Shown: positions 13,101-26,419 of the stretch, piece by piece
Position numbering within the stretch: the stretch's first letter is position 1
Layout: each line of letters opens with the position of its first letter
Source: Macrostomum hystrix
Lineage: Eukaryota; Animalia; Platyhelminthes
Direction of reading: 5' to 3'
NCBI GenBank assembly: GCA_950097015.1
Contig: CATNEN010000039.1
Coordinates: 7,440,001-7,504,000, forward strand
Length of the DNA stretch: 64,000 nucleotides
Program-made: the position numbers and the translations under genes
The notes under the pieces: model-generated
What the model was told of the DNA's origin: nothing
Databases searched by the model: none
Seen by the model: only the letters and a program-made list of their open reading frames with translations

Positions 13101-16100
13101 GCGCAGGCGCCAGCAGGCCCAGTCTGTACACCTGGTGGCTGCCGAACGGGACCAGCTGACGCGCGAGAATGCCGACCTAAGGCGCTACTGTTTAGCACTG
13201 CAGAGCGAAGTCTATGGAGCTAGGCTAGCCGCCAAATATCTGGATAAGGAACTGGCCGGTAGAATTCAACAGATTCAGCTGCTGGGCCGCAAGATGGAAG
13301 GTCCGGAGCATGACAAGCTGTGGGCCCAGTTGGAGGCCGAGATTCACCTGCATCGGCACAAAACTGTTATTAGGGCCTGCCGTGGCCGCAGCCTTGGCAA
13401 GCTCACTAGACCTAGCGGTAGGTACCAGCCAGTGATGGTGAATTATTGTTATTGGGTTTATTCTAAGAATACCATTACTCTGTGGGATACTGGTAGCATT
13501 TGTAATTGACTCTAAGAATATACTTTTGAATGCTTCTGGTAGCGTTTATTTCAATATGTCCGTTTCTACGAGTATTCAATCCGGGCGTCGCCGTTTGATC
13601 TTTAGTTTAAAGTTTTTGTTTACAGGTTAATGAGAGTAGATCTTGATTGACTAACTTGGGTTAAGGAGAGTAGATCTTGATTGACTAACTTGGGTTAATG
13701 AGAGTAGATCTTGATTGACTAACTTGGGTTAAAGAGAGTAGATCTTGATGATTGACTAATGGGTCAATGAGAGTAGATCTTGATAGACTAACTTGGGTTA
13801 ATGAGAGTAGATCTTGATAGACTAACTTGGGTTAAGGAGAGTAGATCTTGATTGACTAATGGGTCAATGAGAGTAGATCTTGATTGACTAATGGGTCAAT
13901 GAGAGTAGATCTTGATAGACTAACTTGGGTTAATGAGAGTAGATCTTGATTGACTAATGGGTCAATGAGAGTAGATCTTGATTGACTAATGGGTCAATGA
14001 GAGTAGATCTTGATTGACTAATGGGTCAATGAGAGTAGATCTTGATTGACTAATGGGTCAATGAGAGTAGATCTTGATTGACTAATGGGTCAATGAGAGT
14101 AGATCTTGATTGACTAACTTGGGTTAATGAGAGTAGATCTTGATAGACTAACTTGGGTTAATGAGAGTAGATCTTGATTGACTAATGGGTCAATGAGAGT
14201 AGATCTTGATTGACTAATGGGTCAATGAGAGTAGATCTTGATTGACTAATGGGTCAATGAGAGTAGATCTTGATTGACTAACTTGGGTTAATGAGAGTAG
14301 ATCTTGATGGACTAACTTGGGTTAATGAGAGTAGATCTGGATTGACTAACTTGGGTTAATGAGAGTAGATCTTGATTGACTAACTTTGGTCAATGAGAGT
14401 AGATCTTGATTGACTAACTTTGGTCAATGAGAGTAGATCTATTATTAGTAGAAAAAGATTGATTTCTTGATAGCATCGCACAAAAGGGGCCGACATTCAA
14501 TGTAGCGAGGCAAGGGTCCAGGTATCGTTTTTTTCCTTTCATTCCTTGCTCAGCAGCATCTTCAGCTTGTGCTAGCCATCATTTTAGCGCAGGTGGCATT
14601 CGCTCCGATTGAGAATAAGTGCTGCCGATGGCACTACAAAATAGCGCACAAATGCAAATTTGCCCAGCTGTTTTTGCTTGGGGATAATACAGCCAATTAT
14701 TGGACAAATATGGCGGCCTTATCAAATTTTGCAGTCACGTTTCTAGCTGCAAAGATGCGAGTTGGTTAGACATGTGTGGCCCCACTGTCCGACCAGTGCC
14801 ACCTCGTCTTTAGCCGTGCAAGCATCGTAGAATTCTGAGTGTCGAGACAATTCTCTTTATCTTTTAAATTTGCCGGAACTGAGAATTCTGCTATTTAATA
14901 TGTTGATTGTAGATAAAGCTGTTGCTTAGTTCGATAACTTTCAGATTTTTTTAAAGCAAATTCATCACGTTGATAGAACTCGACAGTTAGCGACAATTAT
15001 TTATTATTGAAAACAGAAAATATGTTTTTATAAGTGCAAGTCGTCCTTTTAGAAAAAGGTTTTCTGCTTTGCTTTTGGATTCATTTTTAAGAACAAACGC
15101 ATCGTATTTTGTTTAAAACGAACAGTCTGAGTAGGTTTGAGGAACAGTCCAAGGACACAGATGGGTTTGAGGAACAGTCCAAGGACACAGGTGGGTTTGA
15201 GGAACACTCCAAGGACACAGATGGGTTTGAGGAACATTCCAAGGACACAGATGGGTTTGAGGAACAGTCCAAGGACACAAGTGGGTTTGAGGAACACTCC
15301 AAGGACACAGGTAGGGTTTGAGGAACAGTCCAAGGACACAGGTGGGGTTTGAGGAACAGTCCAAGGACACATGTAGGGTTTGAGGAACAGTCCAAGGACA
15401 CAGATGGGTTTGAGGAACAGTCCAAGGACACAGGTGGGGTTTGAGGAACAGTCCAAGGACACAAGTGGGGTTTGAGGAACAGTCCAAGGACACAGATGGG
15501 TTTGAGGAACAGTCCAAGGACACAGGTGGGGTTTGAGGAACAGTCCAAGGACACAGGTGGGGTTTGAGGAACAGTCCAAGGACACAGATGGGTTTGAGGA
15601 ACAGTCCAAGGACACAGGTGGGGTTTGAGGAACAGTCCAAGGACACAGATGGGTTTGAGGAACAGTCCAAGGACACAGGTAGGGTTTGAGGAACAGTCCA
15701 AGGACACAGGTGGGGTTTGAGGAACAGTCCAAGGACACAGATGGGTTTGAGGAACAGTCCAAGGACACAGGTAAGGTTTGAGGAACAGTCCAAGGACACA
15801 GGTGGGTTTGAGGAACAGTCCAAGGACACAGGTGGGGTTTGAGGAACAGTCCAAGGACACATGTAGGGTTTGAGGAACAGTCCAAGGACACAGATGGGTT
15901 TGAGGAACAGTCCAAGGACACAGGTGGGGTTTGAGGAACAGTCCAAGGACACAAGTGGGGTTTGAGGAACAGTCCAAGGACACAGATGGGTTTGAGGAAC
16001 AGTCCAAGGACACAGGTGGGGTTTGAGGAACAGTCCAAGGACACAGATGGGTTTGAGGAACAGTCCAAGGACACAGGTGGGTTTGAGGAACACTCCAAGG

Positions 16101-19100
16101 ACACAGATGGGTTTGAGGAACAGTCCAAGGACACAAGTGGGTTTGAGGAACACTCCAAGGACACAGGTAGGGTTTGAGGAACAGTCCAAGGACACAGGTG
16201 GGGTTTGAGGAACAGTCCAAGGACACAGGTAGGGTTTGAGGAACAGTCCAAGGACACAGGGGGGGTTTGAGGAACAGTCCAAGGACACAAGTAGGGTTTG
16301 AGGAACAGTCCAAGGACACAGGTAGGGTTTGAAGAACAGTCCAAGGACACAGGTGGGTTTGAGGAACAGTCCAAGGACACAAGTGGGTTTGAGGAACACT
16401 CCAAGGACACAGGTAGGGTTTGAGGAACAGTCCAAGGACACAGGTAGGGTTTGAGGAACAGTCCAAGGACACAGGTAGGGTTTGAGGAACAGTCCAAGGA
16501 CACATGTAGGGTTTGAGGAACAGTCCAAGGACACAGATGGGTTTGAGGAACAGTCCAAGGACACAGGTGGGGTTTGAGGAACAGTCCAAGGACACAGATG
16601 GGTTTGAGGAACAGTCCAAGGACACAGGTGGGGTTTGAGGAACAGTCCAAGGACACAGATGGGTTTGAGGAACAGTCCAAGGACACAGGTAAGGTTTGAG
16701 GAACAGTCCAAGGACACAGGTGGGTTTGAGGAACAGTCCAAGGACACAGGTGGGGTTTGAGGAACAGTCCAAGGACACAGGTAGGGTTTGAGGAACAGTC
16801 CAAGGACACAGGTGGGGTTTGAGGAACAGTCCAAGGACACAAGTGGGGTTTGAGGAACAGTCCAAGGACACAGGTGGGTTTGAGGAACAGTCCAAGGACA
16901 CAGGTGGGGTTTGAGGAACAGTCCAAGGACACAGGTAGGGTTTGAGGAACAGTCCAAGGACACAGGTAGGGTTTGAGGAACAGTCCAAGGACACAGGTAG
17001 GGTTTGAGGAACAGTCCAAGGACACAGGTGGGTTTGAGGAACAGTCAAATCACCTGGATGGGTTTAAGAAATAATCAAAAGGCGAAACGGTCCAATAAAA
17101 ACGTGGTGCATTTTGATTAGCGGAAAAATCGCTACTAGAATTATCTCGGTCTTGTTCTCGCCAACACTGCCGCTCTCTCCTTTGCGCTTAGGCCACGATT
17201 TCAATGCCCTGCGTCGTCAGCAGGGTGTCGGCGAACTCCGTCACGTTGTAATCCGGCGCGGCCCCAGCGAAGGCCTCGGCATGTCAGTCACGGGCGGCAA
17301 GGAGCACGGAGTGCCAGTCCTGATCTCCGAGATTCACCCGGGACTGCCTGCCGCTCGCACGCAGCGACTCTACGTTGGCGACGCCATTGTGGCCGTCAAC
17401 GGCATCTCTCTGCGCGATGTTCGACACGCCGATGCGGTCCGTCTGCTGAGCCAGCAGGTCGGGCCCGAGGTGGCGCTAGACGTTGTGTTTGTCACGCCAG
17501 ACGATGACAGCGACGAGGAAGCCGGCGAGGAGGGCAGCTTCACTGATCCCAGCACGGGATACAGGTGAGCTGACTGCCCTGTGTACCTTACTGACTATCT
17601 ACCTCACTGACACTGCCCGGCCTCCCTGACTCTCCCCGGCCTCCCTGACTCTCCCTGGCCTCCCTGACTCTCCCCGGCCTCCCTGACTCTCCCTGGCCTC
17701 CCTGACTCTCCCCGGCGTCCCTGACTCTCCCTGACTCTTCCTGGCCTCCCTGGCCTCCATGACTCTCCGTGGTCTGCCTGACTCTCCCCGGCCTCCCTGG
17801 CCTCCCTGACTCTCCCCGGCCTCCCTGACTCTCCCCGGCGTCCCTGACTCTCCCTGACTCTTCCTGGCCTCCCTGGCCTCCATGACTCTCCCTGGTCTGC
17901 CTGACTCTCCCCGGCCTTCCTGACTCTCCCCGGCGTCCCTGACTCTCCCTGACTCTCCCTGACTCTCCCTGGTCTGCCTGACTCTCCCCGGCCTCCCTGG
18001 CCTCCCTGACTCTCCCCGGCCTCCCTGACTCTCCCTGGCCTCCCTGACTCTCCCCGGCGTCCCTGACTCTCCCTGACTCTTCCTGGCCTCCCTTGCCTCC
18101 ATGACTCTCCCTGGTCTGCCTGACTCTCCCCGGCCTCCCTGACTCTCCCCGGCCTCCCTGACTCTCCCTGGCCTCCCTGACTCTCCCTGGCCTCCCTGAC
18201 TCTCCCTGGCCTCCCTGACTCTCCCCGGCCTCCCTGACTCTCCCTGGCCTCCCTGACTCTACACCCAAGAACAGTACTTCAGCTCGAACGCCAATACTCT
18301 TGCGCATCTACTGCCAGATTTCGTCTCTATGATGAGCGCAAGTCGGCTCCTCGGGACCAGCAGGCCGGACTATCCAGTCCGAATGGCAACAGCAGCGGCT
18401 GCAGCGTTGGCGGAGTAACAACGTCATCATCGTCATCAGCCGCAGCTGCCGCCTTAGACAGCCATGACGACAATAGGCCGGCGTCACACAAGGCTCGGTA
18501 AGATTGGCCCTTTATAAAAAATTCGCCTGACTGTTCTAAAGTAAATATTTTAATTGCGTTGCGATGCCACATTTTTAGAAACTAAAAAAATCACATTAAC
18601 GGCTAGAGTAAGATTGTGTTCGACACTTGGACCAACATCTATTGTACTGTTCTTATGCCTGTATCACTCTGTCACCCAAGTTAATGAATGGATATTGTCC
18701 AGTCTTCAAGCAAATGTACTTTACATTCTATTGGCTTGCTTATTAGCCCACTGGCATTAGCTGCTATTTAAAATGAATGCTTTTCTTACTGTTGACTATG
18801 CAAACTTAAAGCTCAGATCCTCATATCACAATTCCCAGATGCCCAGATCAACCAGTCACAATGTCCAGATCCCCAGATCAACCAGTCCCAATTCCCAGAT
18901 GCCCAGATCAACCAGTCACAATTCCCAGATCCCCAGATCAACCAGTCACAATTCCCAGATCCCCAGATCAACCAGTCCCAATTCCCAGATGCCCAGATCA
19001 ACCAGTCACAATTCCCAGATCCCCAGATCAACCAGTCCCAATTCCCAGATACCCAGATCAACCAGTCACAATTCCCAGATCCCCAGATCAACCAGTCACA

Positions 19101-21298
19101 ATTCCCAGATGCCCAGATCAACCAGTCACAATTCCCAGATCCCCAGATCAACCAGTCCCAATTCCCAGATACCCAGATCAACCAGTCCCAATTCCCAGAT
19201 ACCCAGATCAACCAGTCCCAATTCCCAGATGCCCAGATCAACCAGTCACAATTCCCAGATCCCCAGATCAACCAGTCACAATTCCCAGATGCCCAGATCA
19301 ACCAGTCCCAATTCCCAGATGCCCAGATCAACCAGTCACAATTCCCAGATCCCCAGATCAACCAGTCCCAATTCCCAGATACCCAGATCAACCAGTCACA
19401 ATTCCCAGATACCCAGATCAACCAGTCACAATTCCCAGATCCCCAGATCAACCAGTCCCAATTCCCAGATACCCAGATCAACCAGTCACAATGTCCAGAT
19501 CCCCAGATCAACCAGTCCCAATTCCCAGATACCCAGATCAACCAGTCACAATGTCCAGATCCCCAGATCAACCAGTCCCAATTCCCAGATGCCCAGATCA
19601 ACCAGTCACAATTCCCAGATGCCCAGATCAACCAGTCACAATTCCCAGATGCCCAGATCAACCAGTCACAATTCCCAGATGCCCAGATCAACCAATCACA
19701 ATTCCCAGATCCCAAGATCAACCTGTCACAATGTCCAGATCCCAAGATCAACCTGTCACAATTCCCAGATGCCCAGATCAACCAGTCACAATGTCCAGAT
19801 CCCAAGATCAACCTGTCACAATGAAAATGGCAAATAAAATATGGTCAGTAAGTGTGTGTAGTATTAAATTTTCCTGTTTCAGGGTGCAATTAGCTCTTAT
19901 ATAGTGCCGTAATATACCTAGAAAAATGTTATTCTGTTGTACATCTACGCAAACAATGTCTGAATGCAGGGGTTGGTTCAGGACAATTCAGGCTCCCTCA
20001 GCTAACTAAGAGACAGATGGCAGATCTGCAATGGCAAGTGGGTATAGCGTGGCCGCGTTATTTTGGCACCTATTTTGCGTTACTTTTAATTACGTTAAAT
20101 GGTTTTTATGCGCAATTTTAAATACCCGCTTTTCATTTTGACTGGTTTGGTTCAAACCTGAAACATGAGAATTGTTTATTCTATGATCAAAAAATTTGTC
20201 GTACTGGAAGGTCTCTGCATGCTTATCATTTTTATTTCCGTTGTTTATTTATGGTCTCAATTATGGCATGGTTATAGGTCTGAGAATTAACAACCTTTAA
20301 TCTAAAAACTATCAGAGTTTTCATTCCAATTTTTCGTTCGATGTTTGCGACTGAGTAAAACGATGTCTGAAACTGGGGAAAGTGAGATTAGAGACTGGGG
20401 AAAGTGAGATTAGAAACTGGGGAAAGTGAGATGAGAGACTGGGGAAAGTGAGATTAGAGACTGGGGAAAGTGAGATTAGAAACTGGGGAAAGTGAGATTA
20501 GAGACTGGGGGATATTTGAGATTAGAGACTAGGGAAAGTGAGATTAGAGACTGGGGAAAGTGAGATGAGAGACTGGGGAAAGTGAGATTAGAAACTGGGG
20601 AAAGTGAGATTAGAGACTGGGGGATATTTGAGATTAGAGACTAGGGAAAGTGAGATTAGAGACTGGGGAAAGTGAGATGAGAGACTGGGGAAAGTGAGAT
20701 TAGAAACTGGGGAAAGTGAGATTAGAGACTGGGGAAAGTGAGATGAGAGACTGGGGAAAGTGAGATTAGAAACTGGGGAAAGTGAGATTAGAGACTGGGG
20801 GATATTTGAGATTAGAGACTAGGGAAAGTGAGATTAGAGACTGAGGAAAGTGAGATGAGAGACTGGGGAAAGTGAGATTAGAAACTGGGGAAAGTGAGAT
20901 TAGAGACTGGGGGATATTTGAGATTAGAGACTAGGGAAAGTGAGATTAGAGACTGGGGAAATGTGGGATTAGAGAATGGGGATATGTGAGATTAGAGACT
21001 GGGGAAATGTGGGATTAGAGAATGGGGATATGTGAGATTAGAGACTAAGGAAATTTGGGATTAGAGACAGGTAAAGTGTGGGATTAGGGACTGGGGAAGG
21101 TCAGATGATTTGGTATTTTCAACTTTTTCCAGATAAGTAATTACTCTTATTATTCCAATTGTTCTAATCTAAAAGCTCTCCATTTCGGATGCAAATTTCA
21201 GGGACTCAGTGTCTCGCACTGCAGAAACAGCAGCAGCAGCAGCAGGCGGTCCAGATGTCAGCAGCACCGCCCAGCCGTCCGAAGCTCCGGCACCCTAG
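10167..21298 (+). CDS. GOPC: Golgi-associated PDZ and coiled-coil motif protein (PIST/CAL); exons 10167-10382, 12886-13417, 17192-17564, 18318-18497, 21202-21298 (about 465 aa)
   Basis: Diagnostic GOPC segments: [67 protein letters not shown], and the PDZ domain [24 protein letters not shown]...GDAIVAVNG. All introns are GT-AG with matching phases (0, 1, 2, 2), total 1398 nt. The last exon is less certain. Confidence 0.95.
10507..11255. mobile_element. Fold-back/MITE-like element with about 100-bp terminal inverted repeats, in GOPC intron 1
   Basis: 10507-10610 (TTATTCCCACAGTCCTGTGCCGATAATTTCAATTTTATCCACACAGATCCATG...) is the near reverse complement of 11155-11255 (...ATCGGCACGGGACCATGGGAATAA). 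A partial direct copy lies at 10630-10760. No TSD is evident. Confidence 0.75.
11868..12130 (+). mobile_element. hAT-type MITE, copy 1 (GOPC intron 1)
   Basis: TIRs CATACATGCACAAC / GTTGCGCATGTATG; 8-bp TSD CAAAATAT at 11860-11867 and 12131-12138; homologous to 37003-37278 in reverse orientation. Confidence 0.9.
13625..14440. repeat. 32-34-bp minisatellite (GGGTTAATGAGAGTAGATCTTGATTGACTAACTT)n
   Basis: Directly visible; GOPC intron 2. Confidence 0.97.
15130..17047. repeat. 30-31-bp minisatellite (GGGTTTGAGGAACAGTCCAAGGACACAGGT)n, about 60 copies
   Basis: Directly visible; GOPC intron 2; source of the three >600-aa minus-strand ORFs. Confidence 0.98.
17615..18260. repeat. 19-bp minisatellite (GGCCTCCCTGACTCTCCCC)n with higher-order variants
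   Basis: Directly visible; GOPC intron 3. Confidence 0.96.
18830..19822. repeat. 30-bp minisatellite (ATTCCCAGATSCCCAGATCAACCAGTCACA)n
   Basis: Directly visible; GOPC intron 4. Confidence 0.97.
20368..21100. repeat. 22-bp minisatellite (GAGACTGGGGAAAGTGAGATTA)n
   Basis: Directly visible; GOPC intron 4. Confidence 0.96.
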
Positions 21299-21839
21299 CA
21301 ACAGTAGTGGCCAATGTTAACCTAATTGCTACTCACACAATTGTTGGAAGCTAAAATTCCCAGTGTTTCTGTTCAGTTTTTTCGCCGTTTTTTTCATTTT
21401 TTCTATGCTCTGTAAGATTCTGAAAAAAATCGTTAATCGCTTGAGATTTGCGTCACACTCTACTGTTAAGTAGAGTAGTTGGTATAAAAGTACATTTTTT
21501 CTCGAGTTAAAAATTAAATAATTCTGTCAATCCATCTGTTTTCCTCTCAGAGGGCTATTTCTGATTTCGCATCCTTGGTTGTTGTGCATTGATCAAATGA
21601 TAGGTGTGACGCTTTCCTTTACTTCTCAATATGTTGTATCTTCGCTCTGTTTTTTGTTAGCAATTAAAAGTAACAAAACTATTCGCAGGAGTGCTGGGGT
21701 GCTGGGACAACATTCTGTGACGATAGACCCGCAGGTAGCGAGGAGGCAGTTCTGCTCTGACTTTCTCATTGTCAGCCTTGAGACTGACTATTGTCGTGAA
21801 AATCGCGACGCCCCCAAGCCTTCTCTCCGCTGACAGAGA

Positions 21840-21915
21840 ATGAGCCTGGCCTGATAGCGAAAGCGAGCTCGGGTACCTTGGTGCGATAGGCAGACGCTCT
21901 GTTGCTCGAACCGCT
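21840..21915 (-). mobile_element. Degenerate tRNA-like head of the SINE family
   Basis: GCGAGCTCGGGTACCTTGGTGCGATAGGCAGACGC aligns to TCGAGCTCAGGGACCTTGGTGCGAGAGGCAAACGC at 58044-58078. Confidence 0.6.
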
Positions 21916-22439
21916 TTTTGTTGTTGATTATTTGTCCTTTAAGGACCAGTTGTTAGTCAAGTGATCAGCCTTTGATATGTATAATGGATTATTTATGAGC
22001 TATTAACAAATGGTTACTTATTATTTTCACACGTTCACTAAGCTGTCAGTACATGCCCTATTTAGTTATAGCTATAAAGTTTTCTGTCCACTCTATCCAG
22101 TGTTACTGTACGCGTAACACTGATTCTCATTTCCAATGGCACTATCATTTTTCTTGTGATTTTTTTCTAAACAAAGAAACTAATTAAATTGATTATTCAG
22201 AGTGTCTACCTGGGGTCATCGGCAATTTTAGAATAATTTGATGAATCACTGCCATTGACCCAGTCTTCGGAAATGTCTATCTGGCTACGTTTTTTTCTCT
22301 CTCAATTTCGGTGTCTTGTGTCTTCTAAAAAGTTTTTTACATTACATAGTCTGGTTGTTCTTTTTCTGTTCGGAGAGTTCATTACAAAAATGTTATCTAA
22401 GCAGTGTTCCAGTTGCTTGCTTTATATTTTTTCAGCCAA

Positions 22440-23230
22440 GAAATCTCACCCTTAGATTTGATAATCAGTTATGAGATCTCACCCCTAGATTTGATAATCA
22501 GTTATGAGATCTCACCCCTAGATTTGATAATCAGTTATGAAATCTCACCCTTAGATTTGATAATCAGTTATGAAATCTCACCCTTAGATTTGATAATCAG
22601 TTATGAAATCTCTCCCTTAGATTTGATAATCAGTTATGAAATCTCACACCTAGATTTGATAATCAGTTATGAAATCTCACCCTTAGATTTGATAATCAGT
22701 TATGAAATCTCACCCTTAGATTTGATAATCAGTTATGAAATCTCTCCCTTAGATTTGATAATCAGTTATGAAATCTCACCCTTAGATTTGATAATCAGTT
22801 ATGAAATCTCACCCTTAGATTTGATAATCAGTTATGAAATCTCTCCCTTAGATTTGATAATCAGTTATGAAATCTCACCCTTAGATTTGATAACCAGTTA
22901 TGAAATCTCACACTTAGATTTGATAATCAGTTATGAAATCTCACCCTTAGATTTGATAATCAGTTATGAAATCTCACCCTTAGATTTGATAATCAGTTAT
23001 GAAATCTCACCCCTAGATTTGATAATCAGTTATGAAATCTCGCCCCTAGATTTGATAATCAGTTATGAAATCTCACCCCTAGATTTCATAATTAGTAATA
23101 AAATCTCACCCCTAGATTTGATAATCAGTTATGAAATCTCACCCCTAGATTTGATAATCAGTTATGAAATCTCACCCCTAGATTTCATAATTAGTTATAA
23201 AATCTCACCCCTAGATTTATCTTACCCATA
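22440..23230. repeat. 33-bp minisatellite (GAAATCTCACCCTTAGATTTGATAATCAGTTAT)n
   Basis: Directly visible, intergenic between GOPC and HSF. Confidence 0.97.
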
Positions 23231-23469
23231 GATTTGATATCAGTTTGGCAAAATTGCCCCTGGATTTGGTATTTAGCTGCGAAATCTCAGTTTACAGAGT
23301 ATGGCTATTTTATGCGTTTCCACAGCCGCACGCATTTGATTTCCTGATTATTTTCCAGCCAGTCGCCGCGCACCCTTAAAACGCTCGTTATACCGACAAC
23401 TGAGAATCCCCAGTTCTCAATTCAGCTTCGCTTTGCTCATTTTCGCGACCCCCAGCCCGCCCAGCGCCA

Positions 23470-25324
23470 ATGCCAGCCGTTGTTGGATCGCAGCAGCAGC
23501 CGCCGTCACAGTCGGTTGATCCGCAATCTTCCTCGGTGACTTCGTCATCATTGTCGGCGTCGCCGTCCGCCCTAACACTGCGTCGGGCCCTGCCGGCTGG
23601 CCTGCCTGGCTTCCTAGTGAAGCTGTGGAGCCTGGTGAACGACCCCGCCAGCGATGCTGTGATTGGCTGGGACTCCAGCGGAGACTGCATCCAGATCAAC
23701 GACGGCAACGCCCTGGCCGCTGAGCTGCTACCATTGTACTTCAAGCACAACAATCTGTCCAGCTTCACCAGACAGCTGAACATGTACGGCTTTCACAAGC
23801 AGGCGGCTCTTGACAGCAGCGGCCAGATGCACTTCCAGCATCCGTACTTCCGCCGCGATCGGCCTGACCTCCTTGCCAGCGTCAATCGTCATATGATGTC
23901 TCCTGGAGGCCGCTTCAGCCTGGCTGTTGCCACTCGCGGAGTCGCCGCGCCGCTGGCTAGGCCGCCTGGCACCGTTGGCGCCGAATTTAACGACGCGTCG
24001 TCATCTTCGGCGCCGGCCAGCGCTGCTAGTTTGTCATTCAGCGGCGGCGCCGACGGTCGGGACGCGATGCAGGCCGCCCTGACTGAGATGCGCAGCCGGC
24101 AGAGCGCTACTGACGAACAGCTGAGAAGATTGTGCGACGAGAATCACAAGCTGTGGCTGGAGCTGGACAATCTGCGAGTGCAGCATCAGCAGCAGCAGGT
24201 GAGTCTGGGACCGCAACTAAATCTGTCCGTTGTTCAACGAGGAGGCAACACTTGAGCTCATTCCACTGACTCCTGAGCACACACTCACACAGATACCGTA
24301 CACAAGCACACGCTCACACAGGTGTGTACATCTGCCCTGACTTTCTCATCGTCAGGCAGTGTACACTCTCACTGTGCCTTGGAGGTTGGCACTAAAGGGC
24401 GTAAATTGCACGACCTAAATAAATGTGGTCTCGAGCTCGGAATCGAGCTCATGGACCTTGATGCGAGAGGTAAACGCGTTAAACGCTCTGCCACTCATCT
24501 CCTTTGTCGTGCGATTTAGGCCCTGACTAAAATACACAAGCGCTTATTTTATCCTGACCTCTTAGTCTGCATCTGAGTTGAAAAGACTCGCGTCTAAACC
24601 GCTTGAGGTGGCACATGCCGTCATGCAGGTGGCTGTTACCTGGCTGCTTGACTTTATCAAAGCGGCCATGGTGAACCGCAGCGCTCATGGCGGCCACGGC
24701 GGCGGCGTTGGCGGGCCGATCATCAACGAAGCCGATCTTCTGTCGCCAGGAGCCTCTGACGCAACTGTCGATGCCGCAATCGCCGCCGCGGACGCCGTGG
24801 CCAGCACGGCTGGTGATTGCTTGTCCGCCTTCAGCCAGCTGAATCGGAAGCGTCAGGCTCCGCTCATGGCCATCGGGATGCGGCCTCCCAAGGCTGCCAT
24901 CGAGGGCGCCAAGCGGCTTCGGGCCATCACCCAGCTGCCGCCAGCGCCGACAACTCCGCCAGCGATAGATGCGGAGTCGCCCGACGCCTTCTGCCCGGAG
25001 TCTTTCAGCGCCGATCTAAACTCGCGCCAGGCCGATTTGAACGGCATTGTGAACGCTCTGGAGACAGACAACTCCATTGACTTCGATGTCGACCAGCTGC
25101 TGTCTGAGCTAGTTCAGTCGCCGGCCCCACCGCCTCCGATCATTGAAGCTCTGGATTGCGCAGCCGACAGTCCTCTGGCTGCTGTGACTGACGGCGCTGC
25201 GGAAATCGAGCCGCCAATATTGACTAGCCGCCTGCGTTCTACTAACCCAACAGGGCTCGCTGTGGTCACTACTGCCAGTAGTAGTCCCGGCGCGACAGGC
25301 GAGCGACCCTCGCCGTTTCGCTAA
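23470..25324 (+). CDS. HSF: Heat shock transcription factor (HSF1-like); exons 23470-24198, 24629-25324 (about 474 aa)
   Basis: HSF DNA-binding domain FLVKLWSLVNDP...LLPLYFKHNNLSSFTRQLNMYGFHK...FQHPYFRR; HR-A/B coil LRRLCDENHKLWLELDNLRVQHQQQQ|VAVTWLLDFI; HR-C-like ADLNGIVNALETDNSIDFDVDQLL. Phase-0 intron CAG|GTGAGT...TGCAG|. Confidence 0.93.
24258..24497 (-). mobile_element. tRNA-derived SINE, internally deleted copy in the HSF intron
   Basis: Colinear similarity to 57841-58098; A-box-like GTGGCAGAGCG and B-box-like GAGCTCGATTCC on the minus strand. Confidence 0.8.
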
Positions 25325-26419
25325 GTTGGCGTCGATTCTAATGAAAATAAATTGTGAAATTCGGGTGAAAAGAGAGAATTCTATTAACAAGAAAATGCAT
25401 TGTTGTTTGATTGGAGTGTGCTTTTTAAGTAACTGGTTTAATCTACCCAGCACAAGCGCTACAGTCTGTAAAGGTCCTATTTGAGTATCGAACGTAAAGT
25501 GTGTGCACCAACAGAGTGCTTGATTAGACATCACTCACATTCAAGGCTAGAAGACTGTACTTTTTATTCCGCCGCATTTCGTTTGTAATTTTCTTGTTTG
25601 CTTTAAAATAAGTTATCACTTTTTTGGAACAAAAACTGCTTTGTTTACCAGGTGGGTGTCATAGTAGTAATAATACAATTTCATATTTTATGGCAATTTG
25701 TTCTATTTTTAATCCATGAGTTTTTCAATACCCCTTACCCATGCGTTTAGTCCACAGATTTTAAGCACAAGGTGCGTCATTATTTCAATGTCTGTAAACA
25801 GACTCTGTCTCTGCTACCTTTATTGCTTTTTAGACTTGTGTGCCTGTGTCAGTTTACTGTTGCTGTACTTACGCATAGCTGGTTATATATGAGTTAATTG
25901 TGCGGAATCTATATTGAATTGAATGTGATCCGCAGATCTGTTTTGTATAATTGTCTCACCTTAGTAACCTTTGTATTCAACCGTAGAAACTAAACAATAC
26001 ATTGTGCTCGTCTGTATATTTTGTCTCATAAGAAATTGTTTTGATTTGTTTGTGTTAAAGCTTTGATTTCTCATACAAAAACGCTTGACTAGTATGAGGC
26101 ATTAGTAGATGTTAAGTCCAAATATATATCCTGTCTTTTCAATGTGTCGAGTATATTGTTTATTAAAAATATGTCTCAATAAGACTCAGTACCTCAATTA
26201 ATTAATGAAGCATTTTCCAGGTAAATAAATGTAAATTCATGCGAATTAGTGTTAAAATACTTGTTGCAATTTAAAGCGGAAGCATAAAAGTACAATTAGT
26301 AAGCAGAAATGAGCTGCGGTATTGATATTAGCGTCAACTAATATCTTCCAGTACTTATAATTGAAGTCCGCCCTCTTGCCGTAGTCCTGACTCCCAGTTC
26401 TGCTGCAATGCTAAATACT

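Noticed and set aside
15049-17048. Three 616-658-aa Cys-rich ORFs on the minus strand
   Set aside because: Translations of a stop-free 30/31-bp minisatellite in GOPC intron 2; open in all three frames with the same cycling peptides.
18773-19904. Repetitive 332-354-aa ORFs ([20 protein letters not shown])
   Set aside because: A 30-bp minisatellite inside GOPC intron 4, open on both strands, with no splice or domain support.
19970-20010. Alternative terminal exon of GOPC (GAATGCAG|GGGTTGG...TAA)
   Set aside because: It has an acceptor and the right phase but gives only a short peptide; the 21202-21298 exon looks more coding-like, and the choice cannot be made without RNA data.
22404-23231. 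275-aa ORF of DLIISYEISPL repeats
   Set aside because: A 33-bp minisatellite that stays in frame only because the unit is a multiple of 3; no ATG start or unique flanking protein sequence.
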